Below are positions 57,030 through 64,000 of a DNA stretch of 64,000 bases, piece by piece. The notes beneath the pieces are model-generated. The model saw nothing but the letters and a program-made list of their open reading frames with translations, had not been told where the DNA came from and searched no databases. The stretch comes from Acutalibacteraceae bacterium (GTDB lineage Bacteria; Bacillota; Clostridia; Oscillospirales; Acutalibacteraceae): positions 22,840-86,839 of the forward strand of contig JAZSRO010000089.1 of assembly GCA_045538515.1 (NCBI GenBank). The letters are read 5' to 3'. Each line of letters starts with the position of its first letter. The stretch's first letter is position 1. A program made the translations under genes and the position numbers.

Positions 57030-57584
57030 TTGTTAATACTATTTTATTTAATATTCACCGCAATCAGTATTGTAAATTACGGTAAAAGAGATGAAAAAGC
57101 ATCTTCCGATGTCGCAATCGTTTTAGGTGCGAGTACTTGGAACGGTGAGGTTTCGCCGGTTTATCGCGAAAGGCTCAATCACGGAATTTGGCTCCATCAG
57201 AATGGATATGTTGACTTTTTAATTCTGACCGGTGGTGTTGGAGATGGCAACAATGTTTCCGATGCCTACATTGCAAAACAATACGCAATTTCCAACTCTG
57301 TTCCGGAACAAGCGATTTTTATAGAAGAAAAATCCACAATTACCGAAGAAAATCTCGAAAATGCTAAAGCGATAATGGATGAGAATTCTTTTGATACGGC
57401 AATTATTGTCAGCGACCCACTACATATGAAACGGTCAATGTTAATGGCGGGTGATTATGGTATCAATGCTTGTTCGTCGCCAACACCTACAACAATGTAT
57501 AAGAGCCTTAAGACGCAAATCCCTTTTTTATTGAGGGAAGAGTTTTTCTATATTGGATATTCAATAGTAAGAATTTTCAGATAG
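57030..57584 (+). CDS. DUF218 / YdcF-family protein (N-terminus possibly lost through a T-run frameshift)
   Basis: AIVLGAS...LILTGGVG...IEEKSTITEENL...IIVSDPLHMKRS matches the DUF218 pattern. GTG 56980, preceded by AGGCGGTGA, opens MQKKARKNFF and stops at 57010. One extra T in T7 (57004-57010) would fuse it to this frame. Confidence 0.75.
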   Translation: MLILFYLIFTAISIVNYGKRDEKASSDVAIVLGASTWNGEVSPVYRERLNHGIWLHQNGYVDFLILTGGVGDGNNVSDAYIAKQYAISNSVPEQAIFIEEKSTITEENLENAKAIMDENSFDTAIIVSDPLHMKRSMLMAGDYGINACSSPTPTTMYKSLKTQIPFLLREEFFYIGYSIVRIFR

Positions 57585-57606
57585 GCATAATAATAGTTCG
57601 TAACAG

Positions 57607-57732
57607 CCAAAAAATAGACTTGCTTTTGCAAGTCTATTTTTTTATCCATTGCGAAACTTTGGTATATCATCAGCCGATAGGCTGTATTTCCTTTCGCAAT
57701 AATCATATTACGGCTTTGCCGTGATTTTATTG
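57607..57732 (+). repeat. Terminator hairpin plus truncated 10-mer array, copy D
   Basis: 57607-57672 repeats 56706-56772 (CCAAAAAAT, a GACTTG/CAAGTC hairpin, TTTTTTTATCCATTGCGAAA, GGTATATCATCA). Degenerate inverted units TAATCATATTA and TGATTTTATTG follow, with hairpins GCC-GATA-GGC and CGGC-TTTG-CCG. Confidence 0.75.
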
Positions 57733-57751
57733 TGAGAAAAATATTTCATCA

Positions 57752-58639
57752 TTATTTAATAGCCTCGAACGGATTTTTTTCGTTAATATATTTCTTGAAT
57801 TTTTCCATTGAATCAAAACAGTAAGAATCCTTTTTCCAGACAAGATTTACATCGGCATACATAGGGATTTCTGTGGGAATTGCCACAAATGTTTCATTAG
57901 TCTTTGTCAATTCTCTGAAAGTGAATCCGGCAGCTGTATCGCTTGAGATCATAGTTAACATAGTAGAAAGTTGGTTTGTTTGCAGAATGATATTGGGATT
58001 TATCTTTTCGGCAGCAAACCATTTTTTTATCTTCTCTGTTTGAAAAAAGGTGTTTTCGAACAGAACCAGAGGGGTGCTTTTCAAAAGACGGGGTGTAACT
58101 GATTGATATTTTGCAATTGTGTTATCTTTCGAAGTGCAGCATACGATTTCGAGTTCAGCGACTTTTGTTGACACAAACTTTTTATCAAAAGAATTGTTAT
58201 CAAGCAAAAGCACCATATCCAGATAGTTTTCAGATAGTTTATCTAAAAGTCCGTTATGCCCGTCCTCAACAATTTCAAGTGTAATATCAGGATAAAGCTT
58301 ATAAAAATCACGGTAAATATTCGGAAGTATAAGTGAGGCGATCATGGGCGGAACACCGAGCCTCAGTTTTTTACGCTCATTTCCTAAATCTTTCATAATG
58401 TTCTCCATCTGCTCGGTTCGAGGAATTATTTCCTTGCACATTTCAAACAGCACCTTGCCTTCGGAGGTTAATTCCATACCCTTGTGGTGTCGATTAAAAA
58501 GCACTACACCAAATTCATTTTCCAACGCTTTTATTGCAGATGAAAGAGAAGGCTGTGATATATAAAGATATTCAGATGCATCTGAAAGAGAACCATATAT
58601 ACATATCGCATAAAAATATTTTAACTGGTTTAAATTCAT
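57752..58639 (-). CDS. LysR-family transcriptional regulator
   Basis: MNLNQLKYFYAICIYGSLSDASEYLYISQPSLSSAIKALE HTH. It is divergent from the dehydrogenase gene. Confidence 0.9.
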   Translation of the reverse strand: MNLNQLKYFYAICIYGSLSDASEYLYISQPSLSSAIKALENEFGVVLFNRHHKGMELTSEGKVLFEMCKEIIPRTEQMENIMKDLGNERKKLRLGVPPMIASLILPNIYRDFYKLYPDITLEIVEDGHNGLLDKLSENYLDMVLLLDNNSFDKKFVSTKVAELEIVCCTSKDNTIAKYQSVTPRLLKSTPLVLFENTFFQTEKIKKWFAAEKINPNIILQTNQLSTMLTMISSDTAAGFTFRELTKTNETFVAIPTEIPMYADVNLVWKKDSYCFDSMEKFKKYINEKNPFEAIK

Positions 58640-58663
58640 TTAATATCACCTCAGAAATATTAT

Positions 58664-58678
58664 ATAGTTTTAATCTAT
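58664..58678. promoter_or_regulatory. Candidate LysR box (T-N11-A) between the LysR gene and the dehydrogenase gene
   Basis: ATAG-TTTTAAT-CTAT. The arms extend to TATATAG/CTATAT. Confidence 0.4.
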
Positions 58679-58753
58679 ATTTGTCAACGAACTATGTATT
58701 TTACAAATACTGTGTGGGGTATTATAATAAAAACAAAAATGGAGGTATATGAA

Positions 58754-59827
58754 ATGAATGTACATAAAATAGCTGTAATAGCCGGAGACGGTATTGGTCC
58801 GGAGGTAATTGAGGAAGGCGTCAAAGTTCTGAATGAAGTTTCAAGACTTGACGGCGGTTTTAACTTTGAATTCACTTATTTCCCCTGGGGCTGTGATTAT
58901 TACAAAGAAAACGGCAAGATGATGGCGGATGACGGAATAGAGCAACTAAAAAAGTTTGATGCAATATTTTTAGGTGCTGTAGGAGCACCCGGAGTTCCTG
59001 ATCATATCTCACTTTGGGATTTACTCTTGGTTATCAGAAAAAGCTTCGATCAGTATATAAACCTTCGTCCCGTAAAGTTGTTAAACGGAGCACCTCAAGT
59101 ATTAAAAAATGTATCTGCCGAATATATAGATATGGTTTTTGTAAGAGAGAATACCGAGGGTGAATATGCAGGCAGCGGTAGTTGGTTGTACAAAGGTAAA
59201 GAAAATGAGGTTGTCATCCAAGACGGTGTATTTTCAAGAAAAGGCTGTGAAAGAGTTATTCGCTATGCTTATGAACTTGCAAAATCACAAAACAAAACAC
59301 TTACGAGCATCAGCAAGGCAAATGCACTGAACTATTCAATGGTTTTCTGGGATCAAATTTTTGAAGAAGTCGGACGTGAATATCCGGAGGTTAAAACCTA
59401 TTCTTACTTGGTAGATGCCGCAAGTATGTTTATGGTTAAAGACCCCAAACGTTTTGAAATAGTTGTTACTTCTAATCTGTTCGGAGATATTCTTACCGAC
59501 CTTGGAGCTGCAATAGCAGGAGGAATGGGATTGGCTGCAGGTGCAAACCTAAACCCCGAGCGTCATTTTCCGTCTATGTTTGAACCAATTCACGGCAGTG
59601 CTCCCGATATAGCAGGTCAGAAAAAAGCAAATCCCCTTGCTACAGTTTGGTCTGCAAGTCAGATGCTTGACTTTTTCGGCTATTCAAATTGGGCAGAGCG
59701 TCTGATTGATTGTATCGAAGAGGTGCTAACAGAAAGCAAGGTATTAACTCCCGACCTTGGAGGAAATGCTATAACAAGCGAAGTTGGCGATGAAATTGTA
59801 AGAAAATTACAGGAGACTGCATTATGA
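58754..59827 (+). CDS. Tartrate dehydrogenase / D-malate dehydrogenase (decarboxylating), isopropylmalate-dehydrogenase superfamily
   Basis: GGAGG at 58741 precedes ATG 58754. KIAVIAGDGIGPEV, ...FLGAVG..PDHISLWDLLLVIRKSFDQYINLRP and NLFGDILTDLGAA are present. The ~357-aa length is typical. Confidence 0.8.
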   Translation: MNVHKIAVIAGDGIGPEVIEEGVKVLNEVSRLDGGFNFEFTYFPWGCDYYKENGKMMADDGIEQLKKFDAIFLGAVGAPGVPDHISLWDLLLVIRKSFDQYINLRPVKLLNGAPQVLKNVSAEYIDMVFVRENTEGEYAGSGSWLYKGKENEVVIQDGVFSRKGCERVIRYAYELAKSQNKTLTSISKANALNYSMVFWDQIFEEVGREYPEVKTYSYLVDAASMFMVKDPKRFEIVVTSNLFGDILTDLGAAIAGGMGLAAGANLNPERHFPSMFEPIHGSAPDIAGQKKANPLATVWSASQMLDFFGYSNWAERLIDCIEEVLTESKVLTPDLGGNAITSEVGDEIVRKLQETAL

Positions 59828-60609
59828 GTAAATTGTTCGAATCTGATATACAGCCGTTTGAAATATGTAAAAATATTTATTTTGTCGGAAGTACAAGAGT
59901 ATCTGTTCATATTATTAATACAGAAGACGGACTTGTTATGCTTGATACAGGTTTCCCCGATATGTACGAACAAATTCTTGACAGTATGGATAAACTCGGG
60001 CTTAACCCATCTGATATTTGTGCTATATTTCATTCACACGGTCACATTGATCACTTTGGTTGCACACAAAAATTTAAAGAATTAAGCGGAGCAAAAACAT
60101 ATATCAGTCGGATAGATAACGATATTGTTAATGGTAAACTGGATCTCTCCTGGGCGAAAGAAACCGGATACGAAAGACTTCCTGCCTTTGACTGTGATGT
60201 ACTTATTGAAGACGGAGACTGTTTTTCGTTCGGCAACACAACTATAAGGTGCAGACTCACCCCCGGACATACAGATGGTGTACTTTCCTTTTTTATAAAT
60301 GTTGCAACAGAAGAGAGCTCTTATGTTGCCGCAATGCACGGCGGTGTTGGATTTAACACGCTGACAACAGAATTTTTAACTGAATACAAGTTGCCTTTTG
60401 CTTGCAGAGATATATTTAAGGAGGGTCTTCACTCGGTTGCTGACGAACATGTAGATGTTGTTCTCGGTAATCATCCTGAGCAAAACGACACAGTAGGAAA
60501 ACTTAAAAAGGTTTTATTAGGAGAAAGCATTGCAGATCAGGGTGAGTGGAAAAGGTTCTTAACATCAACCGAGAACGCACTTGATACTAAAATAGCAAAC
60601 GGTTTTTAG
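59824..60609 (+). CDS. MBL-fold metallo-hydrolase
   Basis: HSHGHIDHFG zinc motif. ATGA overlap with the upstream gene. Confidence 0.85.
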   Translation: MSKLFESDIQPFEICKNIYFVGSTRVSVHIINTEDGLVMLDTGFPDMYEQILDSMDKLGLNPSDICAIFHSHGHIDHFGCTQKFKELSGAKTYISRIDNDIVNGKLDLSWAKETGYERLPAFDCDVLIEDGDCFSFGNTTIRCRLTPGHTDGVLSFFINVATEESSYVAAMHGGVGFNTLTTEFLTEYKLPFACRDIFKEGLHSVADEHVDVVLGNHPEQNDTVGKLKKVLLGESIADQGEWKRFLTSTENALDTKIANGF

Positions 60610-60695
60610 ACAGGTTGTTCCATAAAATTTAAAATATGTAGTGGTTTAAACACATAGGTCACAAATTCAAAAGGGTTTGAATTTGTGCTTCCCTT

Positions 60696-60852
60696 CCAAA
60701 TTAGAAGAGTACCACCGTAAGGTTGGTGCTCTTTTAATTTTTGGCTGAGGGGACGAGATGAGAACAGGGTGTGCCGTCCGCAGACGGCAAAAACAGTTCG
60801 GGGAACTGTTTTTAACCCGTGGTCCTTTAGGCGAATCCGTCCTCTCCCACCA
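60696..60852 (+). repeat. 157-bp direct repeat, copy R157-b
   Basis: It differs from 56552-56708 only at 60820 (T versus C at 56676). It is followed by the hairpin ATCCGACTT-GTTTCGAT-AAGTCGGAT. Confidence 0.9.
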
Positions 60853-60886
60853 GAAAATCCGACTTGTTTCGATAAGTCGGATTTTC

Positions 60887-61057
60887 AGTTATATTCGCCT
60901 TCGGCGAGTTATATTGCTACGCAGTGATGTTCGGCTAAAGCCGAGTGATATTGCCCTTCGGGCAGTTAAGGAGCGAATATAATACCACTGAAACCGCAGG
61001 TTTCAATATCACTTTCGCGTAGCGAAAGTATCACTGTGCCAAGGGCACAATAGCACT
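60887..61057 (+). repeat. Hairpin-spaced 9-mer array, copy E (AGTGATATT family)
   Basis: Forward 9-mers lie at 60887, 60907, 60923 and 60944. Inverted 9-mers lie at 60981, 61005, 61027 and 61049. Spacers are CGCC-TTC-GGCG, CGGC-TAAA-GCCG, GCCC-TTCG-GGC, GAAACC-GCA-GGTTTC, TTCGC-GTA-GCGAA and GTGCC-AAG-GGCAC. Confidence 0.8.
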
Positions 61058-61201
61058 TGAAATGTAATGGTTCGAACATATAGGTCAAAAATTCAAAAGC
61101 CTTCGGTTTTGCCGCCTCCCTTTACACAAGGGAGGCTTTTTATTGCAAAAATCCGAAATATGTGCTATCGTTTTAGTAACATATATTTTGAGGGTGATAT
61201 A

Positions 61202-61804
61202 ATGAAAATTTTTAATTCCACAAAGCATTTGCTGAGTTTTGTTTTTGTTGCATTTTATTTTATATTCAATATTATGCATACATTCATCACATTTTCAAAA
61301 TTCTCCGTTTTGCTTAACAGTATCATAACATTAATTCCGTCAATTCTTATTTTGTGTTATCTATTATTTGGATTTAAAGATTTTAAATCCACAAAACATA
61401 CACTCTCATTAGCATTTGGCATAATTGTTTTTAGAAATTTATATACTGTGACAGTTTCCATCATCGGCACACCCAAATATTTATTATTTGAAAATGACAC
61501 TAAAATTTTATTCGCCTTATCGGTAGTTTTATTGTTGTTTAATATACTGTGTTTTTGCGGGACATTGTTTGAATTTAGATTTTCAATTCTTTTAAAAATC
61601 GGATGCATTGGTTATATATTAACAACCATTATAATTCCAATTTATCAATTCTTTTTGCTAGGCAGAATAAAATATCTAAATTCCATTCCAAAAGAAATGT
61701 TGCCCATAAATATATTCTCTTTCGTAAAATACTTATCTATAATATTTTTTTACTCAGGAATTCTTATTTTATCAACAAATAAGAAAAATACAGATTTGGT
61801 GTGA
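61202..61804 (+). CDS. AT-rich hypothetical multi-pass membrane protein
   Basis: Start at MKIFNSTKHLL, 200 aa, about 6 TM helices. It is visibly much more AT-rich than neighbouring genes. I recognise no motif. Confidence 0.55.
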   Translation: MKIFNSTKHLLSFVFVAFYFIFNIMHTFITFSKFSVLLNSIITLIPSILILCYLLFGFKDFKSTKHTLSLAFGIIVFRNLYTVTVSIIGTPKYLLFENDTKILFALSVVLLLFNILCFCGTLFEFRFSILLKIGCIGYILTTIIIPIYQFFLLGRIKYLNSIPKEMLPINIFSFVKYLSIIFFYSGILILSTNKKNTDLV

Positions 61805-61970
61805 CAAAAGTGGGGTTTTTGAAAAATAAATAATAAAACCTTGATTTCAAGTGATTTTAGGGCGTAGTTTCAAGATAACGCCCCAAATGGTGCGTCTGCT
61901 CACCGCTTGACTTTTTTACCTCGCGGTTGTATATTTATTATATAGGTATATATTCAAGGAGGAAATTTTT

Positions 61971-64000
61971 ATGAAAACTTTGTTTAGCAAAATTTTATCC
62001 TGTATTTTAGCACTTTCGTTTCTTTTGTCGTTAGGTGCTATCACTGCTTTGGCAGAAACCGATAATAATCTTGACTCCGAAGCAGAAATCCAAGCCGCAA
62101 TTGATGCAATTCCCGTAGGTGGCAAGGGCGAGATTACTATTGAAAACATAAATTTAGGGCTCGCCGGCGGCTTTTATATTGACAGCAAAGATGTAACATT
62201 TAATCTCAAAAATGCACAGATTTCCACAACGGCTGAATGTTGTCCTGTTATTATAGCGCTTGATGCCAATATTACCATCAACGCTGATAATCAATCCTCT
62301 TTAACGACCAACTCTAACACCTTTGGTATGGGTGCAATTCGCCTTGATAACGGACTTTGGGATGATGATGCCAAAAAACATACAAAAACATTCAACCTTA
62401 CCATTAACGGCGGTAAATATTTTTCTCCCGCCGATGATGCTGTTGTTTACGCTACACCGGGAACGACAGTTACTCTAACCGATGTTATGTGTGATGGTAT
62501 TGTTGATGCAATCAATATGGAAACCGTTGGTGTTCCCGAATACGGTAAACTTGTAATTAACGGCGGTAGATTTACAAACGATATAAGAAAATACGCGGCA
62601 GCAGGTAAATTCGCCTGTAATGTAGGGGATTTTTATTATGTTCGTGACAAGGAAACGAGTGACTTATTTGCAAAACTCGTTCCGGGCAACAAAATCACCT
62701 TTGACTATGCACCGCCCAAGTCTATAGAAGATGAAGCACTTTTCTTGCTCGCAGAAACACTTTGGGAACAGAATCCCGAACTCAACTTCAATCCTGAAAG
62801 TTTCTCAAGCGATTTCAAGACCTGTGAAATCGGTATAAATATGGACACTCCGTGGGAAGAAGTTCACGCGGTACAGGTTGTTTGGAACTATGACGAAAAG
62901 GTTCTTCAAACTGCAAAGACCTACATTGACAAATTCCCGACCGACAGAAACTGGTTCGCCGTTTCCGATTTGGAACTTGTAAACTATTTTGCAAACTATA
63001 ACCCCGACGCCGAAACCGATTCGTTTGCCAACTATTCGGGCGAACTTAAAGAGATTTTCAACAACGCAAACTTCACATTAGAGGTTGAAACACGCGGCGG
63101 CGGAGCGGCTCCGTATTTCACCGAAACAATCGGTAGTGCAAAACTTATATATGACGGCAAGGTTTACTTTACCGCCGGTATGCTTGGTGCACGCGGCGAA
63201 CACACGATTTTCGTTCCAAAAGACACCGCCTCTACAAAGGATGCTCTTGCGGCTGCGGCACAAAAGAGAATTGACGATTATCTCGGCAAAGGTAAAATAA
63301 AAATAACTGCAACAGATTATACCGTAACAAAGTTTTATGATGATGAACTTGCAGGATACGATGAAGCACTTGCAGATGCAAGAGCAACTCTCAACGCCGA
63401 AATGGCTAAACCCGAAAACGAAAGAGATATGTTCGTAATTTGGGACTGTCAAGGCATCATTGACCACACGCCCGACTATAAACAGCAGTTTATTGATTCT
63501 TTCAAAGACGGTGGCGACCTCGCTTTCCTCAATAAAGCCGAAGGCGGTTTTATCTTCACAGCAGATGTTGTCGGCAAGGAAGTTGCGTTTGATTTCATTA
63601 TAGTAAAAGATGATACAAAGATGGTTGTTCCCTCCTTTGCTACGGCAGACCTCGAAACAAATGTTTCGGTAACAACCACCTCATCCTCCGTTCCGCTTGA
63701 CACCGTTGCCAAGGTTGAAAAACTGACAGAGGGTACTGATTTTGACCGAATCACAAAAGCACTTGACGGTATGCAGTGTGAGATATTTGACATTAACTTG
63801 CACTCGGCTTCTGCAAATAAAAACATAACAAAACTCGAAGATGGTGAGTTCTATGTTACTCTTCCCATCCCCGATGAATTTGCAAACAAGAATGTTACTG
63901 TTTATTATGTTGACGACAACGGAAAGCCTACGGAGCATCCCCCTGTTTCCATTGATTTACAGAACAAATTTGTAACCTTCACAACCGACCACTTCAGCGT
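61971..64000 (+). CDS. Secreted large surface/cell-envelope protein of unknown function (partial; continues past the window end; absent from the supplied ORF track)
   Basis: AAGGAGG at 61957-61963 precedes ATG 61971. The signal peptide is MKTLFSKILSCILALSFLLSLGAITALA|ETD. I translated the frame by hand and it stays open for all 676 codons to position 64000. A candidate promoter is TTGACT 61907-61912, 17 nt, TATATT 61930-61935. Confidence 0.8.
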   Translation, partial: MKTLFSKILSCILALSFLLSLGAITALAETDNNLDSEAEIQAAIDAIPVGGKGEITIENINLGLAGGFYIDSKDVTFNLKNAQISTTAECCPVIIALDANITINADNQSSLTTNSNTFGMGAIRLDNGLWDDDAKKHTKTFNLTINGGKYFSPADDAVVYATPGTTVTLTDVMCDGIVDAINMETVGVPEYGKLVINGGRFTNDIRKYAAAGKFACNVGDFYYVRDKETSDLFAKLVPGNKITFDYAPPKSIEDEALFLLAETLWEQNPELNFNPESFSSDFKTCEIGINMDTPWEEVHAVQVVWNYDEKVLQTAKTYIDKFPTDRNWFAVSDLELVNYFANYNPDAETDSFANYSGELKEIFNNANFTLEVETRGGGAAPYFTETIGSAKLIYDGKVYFTAGMLGARGEHTIFVPKDTASTKDALAAAAQKRIDDYLGKGKIKITATDYTVTKFYDDELAGYDEALADARATLNAEMAKPENERDMFVIWDCQGIIDHTPDYKQQFIDSFKDGGDLAFLNKAEGGFIFTADVVGKEVAFDFIIVKDDTKMVVPSFATADLETNVSVTTTSSSVPLDTVAKVEKLTEGTDFDRITKALDGMQCEIFDINLHSASANKNITKLEDGEFYVTLPIPDEFANKNVTVYYVDDNGKPTEHPPVSIDLQNKFVTFTTDHFS

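Overview
64-kb chromosomal window from a mid/low-GC Gram-positive anaerobe. It looks Clostridia-like by gene content, but the taxon cannot be verified here. Genes are tightly packed and nearly all intact.

**Layout**
- 1-3.2 kb: a Na+-pumping biotin decarboxylase operon (OadG-like, BCCP, beta, 5S carboxyltransferase).
- 3.2-10 kb: housekeeping and small regulatory modules. These are a DnaD/DnaC-like loader pair, galE, an XRE/SLOG pair, PadR-DUF1700-DUF4097 and a ZIP transporter.
- 10-53 kb: a large minus-strand glycan-utilisation region.
  - Intracellular glycosidases with no signal peptide: two GH78-type enzymes, clan GH-A, GH3, GH2, a 1024-aa hydrolase and an unassigned alpha/alpha-barrel enzyme.
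  - Esterases and deacetylase: five esterases (three SGNH, one alpha/beta, one CE15-like) and a frameshifted CE4 deacetylase.
  - Two oxidoreductases.
  - Transport and regulation: two back-to-back CUT1-type ABC importers that enclose two large uncharacterised surface proteins, plus AraC and LysR regulators.
- 53-56 kb: NhaC antiporter and a PPi-type phosphofructokinase.
- 56.3-61.1 kb: tRNA-Thr and tRNA-Tyr, followed by an AT-richer ~4-kb gene block flanked by 157-bp near-identical direct repeats that end in a pseudo tRNA-Tyr 3' end.
- 61.2-64 kb: an AT-rich membrane protein and a partial secreted protein that the ORF track missed.

**Most unusual signal (non-coding)**
Two related families of ~90-190-bp arrays are built from a conserved 9-10-mer. 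The motif occurs first forward and then inverted, with a different self-complementary mini-hairpin in almost every spacer. The arrays always sit directly after a terminator hairpin. Stems are preserved between copies by two-sided substitutions.

No integrase, transposase, CRISPR or rRNA was seen.
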